Below are positions 25,721 through 36,993 of a stretch of DNA of 54,066 bases, one piece after another. The notes beneath the pieces were generated by a model. The model searched no databases and was not told the origin of the DNA. It saw nothing but the letters and a program-made list of their open reading frames with translations. Positions within the stretch are counted from its first letter, which is position 1. Each line of letters starts with the position of its first letter. The position numbers were made by a program, and so were the translations under genes. The DNA comes from Nemertoderma westbladi (taxonomy: Eukaryota > Animalia > Xenacoelomorpha), in NCBI GenBank assembly GCA_032718475.1, contig JAUCBJ010004747.1, forward strand, positions 1 through 54,066, in the 5' to 3' direction.

Positions 25721-27584
25721 TACATAGAATTACTGTAGTAAATTTAACGAACTACTTGAATTTAACTATAACTACTGCAGCACGAAATATTGCAAAATGC
25801 GTACGAAGTATATAATATATATACAGTGTGTAACTTATAAAGTAAGATAGGTAGACCTGAGTCATTAAATTATAACATACTGTACAATGCGACTACAATG
25901 CACCTTGGATACTAAACTGATTTATATGCACACAACTAAAGTACGGTATTTTACCAAGTAATTTATTTTATTGGAAAATAACTTACTTTAAGTTACACAC
26001 TGTATATATTAGGGTGGTTCAAATTAAACTTAAAAAAATTAAACATTCGAAATTTCCATGTCTTACCGGCTAAAAGTATGAATTTGGGTTAAATATTAGT
26101 AATTGGAAAGTTTAAATCGATTTGAAGGATGTCTAGAGGTGTCACATCATGCCTAAAGTTCCTATATTGGCATTGCATTTGGCGCGACTACCCTATATCT
26201 ACCATTTTTGTCATGACCAACTTCTGCTCTGCCTATTTCAATGATGCAGGGCTCATTCAAACCGGAATTATCGATTTAGTGGGGGTAGAAATGTTCAAAA
26301 CAAAAATAGAGTTATTCCTTCTCGAGATAATGTACAGTAAGTATTGGATCATGGAATTCAAAATTGGCGCGTCACTTCTCGATTTGTGTTTCAATAAAGA
26401 TCATACTTCCAATGACTTCACAGACTTGTGCTTAGAGTCAGTCAATTGAGCCACAATCATCCATTTAGTGGGTGTAGAAACCTTCAAAACATCAGTAGAG
26501 TAATTAATTTTCATGAGGTTGCACAAAAGGTGCAGCTCGGCTCAACTCAACATTAGCATATGGTTGCGATGTAGGATTGTCATAAAATTTTTGCATCGAA
26601 GGACCTCACTTAGCAAAACATAGTTAAATTACGATAAATTACTGTATTATCACATAAGCCATACTCATTATTGTTTAGAATATTGGTCTTGATTAAAGCT
26701 TACATTCATCAGTTCATTTATATTAGTCCTATGTAAAATGACAGTGTAGGTCTGCCCATGGTATGGTGTGCCCTGTTCATATAAATGAATGTAAGCTTTA
26801 ATCAAGACCAATATTCTAAACAATAATGAGTATGGCTTATGTGATAATACAGTAATTTATCGTAATTTAACTATGTTTTACTAAGTGAGGTCACTGGAAG
26901 CAAACATTTTATGACAATCCTACATCGCAACCATACGCTAATGTTGAGTTGAGCCGACCTGCACCTTTTGTCTAACCTCATGAAAACTAATTACTCTACT
27001 GATATTTTGAAGGTTTCTACACCCACAAAATCGATGATTGTGGTTCGATTGACGCTAAGCACAAGTCTGTGAAGTCATTGGAAGTATGATCTTTATTGAA
27101 ACACAAATCGAGAAATGACGCACCAATTTTGAATTCCATGATCAAATACTTACTGTACATATCTCGAGAAGGAATAACTCTATTCTTGTTTTGAACATTT
27201 CTACCCCCACTAAATCGCTAATTCCGGTTCGAATGAGCCCTGCATCATTGAAATAGGCATAGCAGAAGTTGGTCATGACAAAAATGGTAGATATAGGGTA
27301 GTCGCGCCAAATGCGATGCCAATATAGGACCTTTAGGCATGATGTGACACCTCTAGACATCCTTCAAATCGACTTAAACTTTCCAATTACTAATAATTAA
27401 CCCAAATTCATACTTTTAGCTGGTAAGACATGGAAAATTCGAAAAAAAATTTTTTGAACCACCCTAGTATATATATATTATATATATTACTGTATATATA
27501 TTATATACTTCGTACGCATATTGTAATATTTCAGGCTACAGTAGCTAATATTAAGTAGTTCTTTCAATTTACTAATTCTATGTA
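25721..27584. repeat. Outer palindromic element interrupted by the foldback at 26010-27466
   Basis: TACATAGAATT..TGCGTACGAAGTATATAATATATATACAGTGTGTAACTT (25721-25840) is inverted at 25980-26009 plus 27467-27584. Confidence 0.7.
26010..27466. mobile_element. 1.46-kb foldback DNA element with ~710-bp highly similar inverted arms and a ~55-bp spacer
   Basis: Termini TAGGGTGGTTCAAA / TTTGAACCACCCTA; mirrored ORFs 26129-26449(+) and 27142-27360(-). Confidence 0.9.
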
Positions 27585-28787
27585 AGTAAATTATGGCATT
27601 ATTAGTAATGTGATGGCAATAATGTTAAATTCCGATATATTGCTTATAGAAAGAATGACCCAGGGTTAGGGTTTACATGCCGGTCAATTTTATTTACTGG
27701 TTGTGCCTAACCAACAAACCCTCTAACCAAAATAAACACTGCCTACCGGTAAATGTTATCGTTACCATTCTTGGCCTACTAAATTTAAGTGGGATCTAAA
27801 GTCCCATTCGGGATCTAAAGTCACTAGACCGTGAATATCGCATCTGTATAATAACAAATATTAATACCTAACTAACTAATAATACTAATACCACAGGGAC
27901 GACCGGTAGAATAATAACATCAGCTTATCAGCTGATATAATCCTGTATAATAATGGAATACAGGGGGATGAGGGTATATAATACAACAAAATATTATATA
28001 TTATATACGTCATTGTTCATTAATTACCGCGGAATCACTTTATAGCTTTACGATACGAGTGATATCAAGGGAAGTAACACCGGGGGCCGTAAAAGCTTTA
28101 ATAGTGCTGAGATTGTTTATATTATAATAATATCTGTATTATATTACTATGGAGTTATGGTATAAAAATGGTCACAAATAACAATCCTGTGCTTAAAACA
28201 TAAACGAAAGGAGCAGGTTACAGTGTCAGTGTTCTCTATCATAATATTAAATGGAACTAGAATGTAGAATGCAATCAATTTGCGCTGGAGATAATTTTTC
28301 GCTCAGTCTACTTGGGCCATTATCTGGAATTATTGCTACTTGACATTTAGATATTCATATTACTTATTACATATTAGTATTAAATATGTAATTATTGTAA
28401 ATTGCAAACTTTATGTTAGAGTTCAATAAACTTAATAAATCATTAATGAGTAATGCCACCACAACATGGAAGAACATAAACAAATTTAATAAGCCTTAAC
28501 GTGAATATCAAAATCTGATAAGATTTTATTTTGTCACATAAGGCCTATTTTATTAAATTTATAACTTTTTAAGTGTTAGAAAACTACAGTAGCTATTCGG
28601 CATGCTTAGTAAAGGCCCTACTTAATAAATACTTAGGCTCATGTGTTTTTGTGTCTCTGAAATCAACATCATTTTGTAAATTTTACGACGTAATTTACTT
28701 TAACAGTACCTACTTTCAGCCTTCCGTAAGTTTTGTAAGTTTCAGGCGCTTACCAACTCTGTTGTGTCACTAACTGGGTACTTTATT

Positions 28788-29293
28788 AACACGAAGTGGG
28801 GACTTCGCGCAGCACGAAGTTGGCAGAGCCTTAGCGAATTGACACTGTTAGGGGGTAGGTCAATTTATGCAAATAGTCACGTTGGCCCTCTAGCGGCAGA
28901 CTGGAGAACTGCAGATGGATTCGCCTCCTTTGAAAGTCACAGCTAATGGTCTAATACATATCTGCCAAGTTTCAGCTTAAACGGATTAAAAGCAAAGAAA
29001 TGGGAGGGCATTTAATGTTTAGACATGTGGCCCTCTAGAGGGAGACCATTGCACTGATGGTGTCTGAAAGTCTCTCAAAAATCTCAACTTTTGCTCATAT
29101 TTATACCTACAAATTTTCAACTTGGCAGCTTTAAATCCGACAAAGTTATTAGCATGTCAAAATCGTAACGACGACGACAACGACGACGACGCACGACGAC
29201 GACGACGACGACGACAACTATTTGCATAAATTGACCCACCCCCTAACAGTGTCAATTCGCTAAGGCTCCGCCAACTTCGTGGCTCGCCCCACA
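28788..29293 (+). mobile_element. Complete short HINE-like element with ~65-bp subterminal inverted repeats and a (GAC)n microsatellite
   Basis: Same 5' (AACACGAAGTGGGGACTTCGCGCAGCACGA) and 3' (CTTCGTGGCTCGCCCCACA) ends as the 20-24 kb family; TT flanks; IR CACGAAGTTGGC..TTATGCAAATAGT. Confidence 0.82.
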
Positions 29294-29675
29294 ATTCTTG
29301 TAAGTTTTCCATGTTGCGTGACCTGGGTAGTTAAACCCAGCAGTTCCCTTAAAATTGGACACGATATAGTTTTGTGTTTATTGCTTTTGTTGCAAATTGC
29401 AGTCTCCTGATCCTTTCCATTAATTGTTATAATTTTCCAGTGTAATTAAAAAATGGCCACTTTATTACTAATTAATAATGGCAAAGCATATTAATTTAAT
29501 TTGAATAACCTAATAACCGTTTACAGTTTTTACTTTACCTACCACTATTATGGTTAATTAAATACCCATAAATAGTTAATCAACCCGCTATAATGTATCT
29601 TAAATAATCTCAAATTTTACATTGGAAATGTTAATTAAGTTTAAGTCATCCACTAAATGTTAATTAAGTTTGTCA

Positions 29676-30464
29676 TCAACTAATGACTGATATTAAAATA
29701 TCAACAAAGTCTGCAAAACTATCGCAGACCAAGTCCGGACTTTGACCGTCCGCAGTCCATTCGTCCCCACCGCGGTACTTCCCAGTCCGAACCAAAACGC
29801 CAGTCATCCCGAGTCGCATCGCCCCGAGCACATCATCCCGAACATCGTCCCCCACCATGGCCACTTCGCTCGCGTCCACCCCCAACCCGGAAACCGCTCG
29901 TCCGAAGAACTCCGGGTCCGGCTTCCCTATCGTGGTCGCGTCGCGGCCGGATGCGAACTCCAACGCGGAAACGAACGCCCCAACGCCTAGACGCAACCCG
30001 TCGGGACGCTGGAAGTAACGCGACCTGTTAGCGGCTACCAGCTCGGCGCCGTTATGGAGCAAACGAAAGGCCTCGTTTAATCTCTCGTAGTTAAACATCT
30101 CAGGGGCCAACCCGATTACAACGCAGTTGGGATCCACAGTGTCTATACCGCTCAACTCCTCCTTGGCTGTCTCTTTAAGAAGAAGTAACGGACGCAACTG
30201 TCGGCTAATCAAAAGTTCCTTTATGGCGACCAACGGCGTGTATAAATCATTGGGTTGGATGAAACCCTCAAACCCAATCCTAGCGAGTCTGGCAACTATG
30301 TGATTGGCTGATTCGTGGCTTGTGTTTGTAATGAACCGTATGGGTACTTTGTGTTGTCTCAACTTAGCCAGAGCTTCTAGACTCCCAGGAACCACAGCAT
30401 TCTCTACATGTAGAGTACCACTAAGATCTACCAACACCGCTTTTATTCTACGCAGATGCGACAT
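29676..30464 (-). CDS. HDHD2: HAD-like hydrolase domain-containing protein 2 (HAD IIA), 262 aa, intronless
   Basis: KAVLVDLSGTLH, RFITNT, PNCVVIGLAPE, GKP..FF, MVGDDVRDDV.GA...GM.GVLVRTGKYR; ATG at 30464. Confidence 0.93.
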   Translation of the reverse strand: MSHLRRIKAVLVDLSGTLHVENAVVPGSLEALAKLRQHKVPIRFITNTSHESANHIVARLARIGFEGFIQPNDLYTPLVAIKELLISRQLRPLLLLKETAKEELSGIDTVDPNCVVIGLAPEMFNYERLNEAFRLLHNGAELVAANRSRYFQRPDGLRLGVGAFVSALEFASGRDATTIGKPDPEFFGRAVSGLGVDASEVAMVGDDVRDDVLGAMRLGMTGVLVRTGKYRGGDEWTADGQSPDLVCDSFADFVDILISVIS

Positions 30465-31178
30465 CAATTGGATTACTCGCTGAATTGTTATACAAACTAA
30501 ATATCGTTAATATACTGTAAAATATACAAATAGTTTGGAATAATTTACATTTCAATACGAAGATAAATAGAATGTGCCGCTAATTGAACACTAAATCAAC
30601 CTATTTGTCAAGAATAATTCAGTACCAATGTTGTCACTGGTTCTGGTCTGGTATTGGTAGTTAAATGCGGAAACAATGAAACTTAAATATCACAAATAAT
30701 ACCGAAGTATAATTGCATTTTATTTCATCTTGTTCTTAATAAATATTTATTATAAATATTGATGATCTAATATTAAACCGCACCGATGTATTTTATACTG
30801 TGTTATATTTATTATTGTAGCTTTACACTGGTTAAGCTGGGGACCTTTTCATTTAATATTTAAATGTAAAATTTATTGTTGAAATGAAATTGAAATATTA
30901 TTTTTAATAAAACTAACAGACATACTTAATATGTAAACTGAATCGTTTTAGTACAACTAACTCATATTTAAATAACATGGAACTATTAACAAAAGGTACC
31001 GAAAAACTAAAACTATACCGCGGGGCCTCTAAAAATCGACGTACTTGGGGAATATTCCCCAGTGCGCACGTATTAGTTAACATACCCAACAAGCGGCCCC
31101 ATTACTTCAACTCCAACACACTACTGTTCAATATGTACAGTAGGATGGTTTATATGTTACTGTATGAGAAGTCATCCT

Positions 31179-31931
31179 CTATGCCTTCCCCACTTCATGG
31201 TCTATAGTTAGACTATCCCCCGCATGTTGTCTCCACTCCTCCATCCGCTGTTCCAACTCCCCCCGGTAGTGGCGTATCAACCCCTGAACGGGCCAGGCGG
31301 CCCCATCCCCCAGCGCACAGATGGTGTGACCCTCAATCTGTTTGCTGATCTCCCACAAGGAGTCTATCTCAGCCGGCCTCGCCTTTCCCTCCACCAACCT
31401 CCACATAGTTTGGTTCATCCAGCTGATTCCCTCCCGACACGGGGTGCACTGCCCGCACGACTCGTGTTCGTAGAAGGTAATGAGTCTGGCGATGGCGCGA
31501 ACAATATCCGTAGATTTATCCATTACAATCAACGCAGCGGTCCCTAGTGCCGATTGTTTGGCAACAAGGTCGTCGAAGTCCATAAGAACAGTGTCGCATA
31601 CCGATTTGGGTATAACTGGAGTAGAAGACCCCCCCGGTATGACCCCCAGCAGGTTGTCCCAACCGCCCCGTACACCCCCCGCGTGTCGTTCTATCAGCTC
31701 TCGCAACGGGATCGACATCTCTTCCTCCACCGTGCAGGGTTTATTCACGTGGCCCGAGATGTTGAACAACTTGGTACCCGAGTTCCTGGGACGCCCCAAC
31801 CCGAAGAACCAACTGCCGCCTCGTCGACAGATCGTCGGGGCCACAGCGACAGTCTCCACGTTGGCAACCGTCGTCGGGCAACCGAAGACGCCAACATCGG
31901 CCGGAAAGGGAGGCTTCAACCTGGGTTTGCC
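31179..31931 (-). CDS. NDUFV1: NDUFV1 exon 3 (complex I 51-kDa flavoprotein; Fe-S N3 motif)
   Basis: Acceptor TTCTTCTTCCAACAG|GGC; [49 protein letters not shown]; stop at 31179. Confidence 0.96.
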   Translation of the reverse strand, partial: GKPRLKPPFPADVGVFGCPTTVANVETVAVAPTICRRGGSWFFGLGRPRNSGTKLFNISGHVNKPCTVEEEMSIPLRELIERHAGGVRGGWDNLLGVIPGGSSTPVIPKSVCDTVLMDFDDLVAKQSALGTAALIVMDKSTDIVRAIARLITFYEHESCGQCTPCREGISWMNQTMWRLVEGKARPAEIDSLWEISKQIEGHTICALGDGAAWPVQGLIRHYRGELEQRMEEWRQHAGDSLTIDHEVGKA

Positions 31932-32274
31932 CTGTTGGAAGAAGAAGATCACAAGTATGTAATTGAATAACGAAAATAGAACGTATTGATCGAAAATAGA
32001 ACGTATTGGACTAATTCATACAAATACTGTTAAAATAAAGTTACAGCAATAATGTTGAGGGATGTCCTTAAACATTTTGGCGATTACTAAAGAGTAGGGA
32101 TTAAAGTGCATATAGCATAGAACATATAGCTTACTATTATGTATATGCACCACTTTGTGGTAATAGCATGAAATGATTCGGCGAAAGGGTGATTTAGTAA
32201 GGTGAATAACAGAAAATGTGTATCACCACGAAGTTTTGTATTAACTCCCTCCACCTCAAACAGTTTAACCTCAA

Positions 32275-35200
32275 GCTCTCTACCAATACGTTATATCTTT
32301 CCTACATACTTTACCTGTTTCTCGTCTCAGCTCTCTACCAATACGTTCTCTCTTTCCTACATACTTTACCTGTTTCTCGTCTCAGCTCTCTACCAATACG
32401 TTCTCTCTTTCCTACAAACTTTACCTGTTTCTCGTCTCAGCTCTCTACCAATACATTCTCTCTTTCCTACAAACTTTACCTGTTTCTCGTCTCAGCTCTC
32501 TACCAATACGTTCTCTCTTTCCTACAAACTTTACCTGTTTCTCGTCTCAGCTCTCTACCAATACGTTCTCTCTTTCCTACAAACTTTACCTGTTTCTCGT
32601 CTCAGCTCTCTACCAATACGTTCTATCTTTCCTACAAACTTTACCTGTTTCTCGTCTCAGCTCTCTACCAATACGTTCTCTCTTTCCTACAAACTTTACC
32701 TGTTTCTCGTCTCAGCTCTCTACCAATACGTTCTCTCTTTCCTACAAACTTTACCTGTTTCTCGTCTCAGCTCTCTACCAATACGTTCTCTCTTTCCTAC
32801 AAACTTTACCTGTTTCTCGTCTCAGCTCTCTACCAATACATTCTCTCTTTCCTACAAACTTTACCTGTTTCTCGTCTCAGCTCTCTACCAATACATTCTC
32901 TCTTTCCTACAAACTTTACCTGTTTCTCGTCTCAGCTCTCTACCAATACGTTCTCTCTTTCCTACAAACTTTACCTGTTTCTCGTCTCAGCTCTCTACCA
33001 ATACATTCTCTCTTTCCTACAAACTTTACCTGTTTCTCGTCTCAGCTCTCTACCAATACGTTCTCTCTTTCCTACAAACTTTACCTGTTTCTCGTCTCAG
33101 CTCTCTACCAATACGTTCTCTCTTTCCTACAAACTTTACCTGTTTCTCGTCTCAGCTCTCTACCAATACATTCTCTCTTTCCTACAAACTTTACCTGTTT
33201 CTCGTCTCAGCTCTCTACCAATACGTTCTCTCTTTCCTACAAACTTCACCTGTTTCTCGTCTCAGCTCTCTACCAATACGTTCTCTCTTTCCTACAAACT
33301 TCACCTGTTTCTCGTCTCAGCTCTCTACCAATACGTTCTCTCTTTCCTACAAACTTTACCTGTTTCTCGTCTCAGCTCTCTACCAATACATTCTCTCTTT
33401 CCTACAAACTTCACCTGTTTCTCGTCTCAGCTCTCTACCAATACGTTCTCTCTTTCCTACAAACTTCACCTGTTTCTCGTCTCAGCTCTCTACCAATACG
33501 TTCTCTCTTTCCTACAAACTTTACCTGTTTCTCGTCTCAGCTCTCTACCAATACATTCTCTCTTTCCTACAAACTTTACCTGTTTCTCGTCTCAGCTCTC
33601 TACCAATACATTCTCTCTTTCCTACAAACTTTACCTGTTTCTCGTCTCAGCTCTCTCTCTACCAATACATTCTCTCTTTCCTACAAACTTTACCTGTTTC
33701 TCGTCTCAGCTCTCTACCAATACATTCTCTCTTTCCTACAAACTTTACCTGTTTCTCGTCTCAGCTCTCTACCAATACATTCTCTCTTTCCTACAAACTT
33801 TACCTGTTTCTCGTCTCAGCTCTCTACCAATACATTCTCTCTTTCCTACAAACTTTACCTGTTTCTCGTCTCAGCTCTCTACCAATACATTCTCTCTTTC
33901 CTACAAACTTTACCTGTTTCTCGTCTCAGCTCTCTACCAATACGTTCTATCTTTCCTACAAACTTTACCTGTTTCTCGTCTCAGCTCTCTACCAATACAT
34001 TCTCTCTTTCCTACAAACTTTACCTGTTTCTCGTCTCAGCTCTCTACCAATACGTTCTCTCTTTCCTACAAACTTTACCTGTTTCTCGTCTCAGCTCTCT
34101 ACCAATACGTTCTCTCTTTCCTACAAACTTTACCTGTTTCTCGTCTCAGCTCTCTACCAATACATTCTCTCTTTCCTACAAACTTTACCTGTTTCTCGTC
34201 TCAGCTCTCTACCAATACGTTCTCTCTTTCCTACAAACTTCACCTGTTTCTCGTCTCAGCTCTCTACCAATACGTTCTCTCTTTCCTACAAACTTCACCT
34301 GTTTCTCGTCTCAGCTCTCTACCAATACGTTCTCTCTTTCCTACAAACTTTACCTGTTTCTCGTCTCAGCTCTCTACCAATACATTCTCTCTTTCCTACA
34401 AACTTCACCTGTTTCTCGTCTCAGCTCTCTACCAATACGTTCTCTCTTTCCTACAAACTTCACCTGTTTCTCGTCTCAGCTCTCTACCAATACGTTCTCT
34501 CTTTCCTACAAACTTTACCTGTTTCTCGTCTCAGCTCTCTACCAATACATTCTCTCTTTCCTACAAACTTTACCTGTTTCTCGTCTCAGCTCTCTACCAA
34601 TACATTCTCTCTTTCCTACAAACTTTACCTGTTTCTCGTCTCAGCTCTCTCTCTACCAATACATTCTCTCTTTCCTACAAACTTTACCTGTTTCTCGTCT
34701 CAGCTCTCTACCAATACATTCTCTCTTTCCTACAAACTTTACCTGTTTCTCGTCTCAGCTCTCTACCAATACATTCTCTCTTTCCTACAAACTTTACCTG
34801 TTTCTCGTCTCAGCTCTCTACCAATACATTCTCTCTTTCCTACAAACTTTACCTGTTTCTCGTCTCAGCTCTCTACCAATACGTTCTCTCTTTCCTACAA
34901 ACTTTACCTGTTTCTCGTCTCAGCTCTCTCTCTACCAATACATTCTCTCTTTCCTACAAACTTTACCTGTTTCTCGTCTCAGCTCTCTACCAATACATTC
35001 TCTCTTTCCTACAAACTTTACCTGTTTCTCGTCTCAGCTCTCTACCAATACATTCTCTCTTTCCTACAAACTTTACCTGTTTCTCGTCTCAGCTCTCTCT
35101 CTACCAATACATTCTCTCTTTCCTACAAACTTTACCTGTTTCTCGTCTCAGCTCTCTCTCTACCAATACATTCTCTCTTTCCTACAAACTTTACCTGTTT

Positions 35201-36694
35201 CTCGTCTCAGCTCTCTACCAATACGTTCTCTCTTTCCTACAAACTTTACCTGTTTCTCGTCTCAGCTCTCTACCAATACATTCTCTCTTTCCTACAAACT
35301 TTACCTGTTTCTCGTCTCAGCTCTCTACCAATACGTTCTCTCTTTCCTACAAACTTTACCTGTTTCTCGTCTCAGCTCTCTACCAATACGTTCTCTCTTT
35401 CCTACAAACTTTACCTGTTTCTCGTCTCAGCTCTCTACCAATACATTCTCTCTTTCCTACAAACTTTACCTGTTTCTCGTCTCAGCTCTCTACCAATACA
35501 TTCTCTCTTTCCTACAAACTTTACCTGTTTCTCGTCTCAGCTCTCTACCAATACATTCTCTCTTTCCTACAAACTTTACCTGTTTCTCGTCTCAGCTCTC
35601 TACCAATACATTCTCTCTTTCCTACAAACTTTACCTGTTTCTCGTCTCAGCTCTCTCTCTACCAATACATTCTCTCTTTCCTACAAACTTTACCTGTTTC
35701 TCGTCTCAGCTCTCTACCAATACATTCTCTCTTTCCTACAAACTTTACCTGTTTCTCGTCTCAGCTCTCTACCAATACATTCTCTCTTTCCTACAAACTT
35801 TACCTGTTTCTCGTCTCAGCTCTCTACCAATACATTCTCTCTTTCCTACAAACTTTACCTGTTTCTCGTCTCAGCTCTCTCTCTACCAATACATTCTCTC
35901 TTTCCTACAAACTTTACCTGTTTCTCGTCTCAGCTCTCTACCAATACGTTCTCTCTTTCCTACAAACTTTACCTGTTTCTCGTCTCAGCTCTCTACCAAT
36001 ACATTCTCTCTTTCCTACAAACTTTACCTGTTTCTCGTCTCAGCTCTCTACCAATACGTTCTCTCTTTCCTACAAACTTTACCTGTTTCTCGTCTCAGCT
36101 CTCTACCAATACATTCTCTCTTTCCTACAAACTTTACCTGTTTCTCGTCTCAGCTCTCTACCAATACGTTCTCTCTTTTCTACAAACTTTACCTGTTTCT
36201 CGTCTCAGCTCTCTACCAATACGTTCTCTCTTTCCTACAAACTTTACCTTTTCCTCGTCTCAGCTCTCTACCAATACGTTCTCTCTTTCCTACAAACTTT
36301 ACCTGTTTCTCGTCTCAGCTCTCTACCAATACATTCTCTCTTTCCTACAAACTTTACCTGTTTCTCGTCTCAGCTCTCTACCAATACATTCTCTCTTTCC
36401 TACAAACTTCACCTGTTTCTCGTCTCAGCTCTCTACCAATACGTTCTCTCTTTCCTACAAACTTTACCTTTTCCTCGTCTCAGCTCTCTACCAATACGTT
36501 CTCTCTTTCCTACAAACTTCACCTGTTTCTCGTCTCAGCTCTCTACCAATACGTTCTCTCTTTCCTACAAATTTTACCTGTTTCTCGTCTCAGCTCTCTA
36601 CCAATACGTTCTCTCTTTCCTACAAACTTTACCTGTTTCTCGTCTCAGCTCTCTACCAATACGTTCTATCTTTCCTACAAACTTTACCTGTTTC
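32275..36694 (-). repeat. 55-bp minisatellite, about 80 copies (~4.4 kb), filling NDUFV1 intron 2 (31932-36687)
   Basis: Sense-strand unit GTAAAGTTTGTAGGAAAGAGAGAA(C/T)GTATTGGTAGAGAGCTGAGACGAGAAACAG; occasional 59-bp variants with an extra AGAG. Confidence 0.97.
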
Positions 36695-36837
36695 CCCTCT
36701 AAACTTTCTATCAACGCAGTCTCTTCTCCACATATATACGCTCCGGCCCCACGATGGATAAACACATCGAAATCGTATCCGGATCCGCAAGCGTTGGTAC
36801 CGATCAGTCCTGCGGCGTAGGCCTCATTCACAGCAAC
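36688..36837 (-). CDS. NDUFV1: NDUFV1 exon 2 (150 bp, 50 aa)
   Basis: Acceptor CCCTTCCGTCACAG|GTT, donor AAACAG|GTAAAG; encodes VAVNEAY...[22 protein letters not shown]; phase 0 at both ends. Confidence 0.95.
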
Positions 36838-36993
36838 CTGTGACGGAAGGGAGGGGGCGGGGAGGGTAAACAGATAAGCACATTATATGTAACAGAATAT
36901 GGTTGCTGAAATATTAAAATAGACTCTTCCATTTACCGAGACAACCAAAATCGGGCTTTGAAGAATGAGCGGATAAGACACCTATGATATGAT

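Noticed and set aside
26129-27360. Duplicated small gene pair (MSRGVTSCLK...)
   Set aside because: Mirror ORFs in the arms of a foldback element, of unequal length and with no recognisable domain.
32275-36694. CRISPR array
   Set aside because: Units are contiguous with no unique spacers, no cas genes are present, and the context is eukaryotic.
32202-36820. 1519-aa and 1534-aa ORFs on the + strand
   Set aside because: Artefacts of a pyrimidine-rich 55-bp repeat lacking stop codons; antisense to the NDUFV1 intron.
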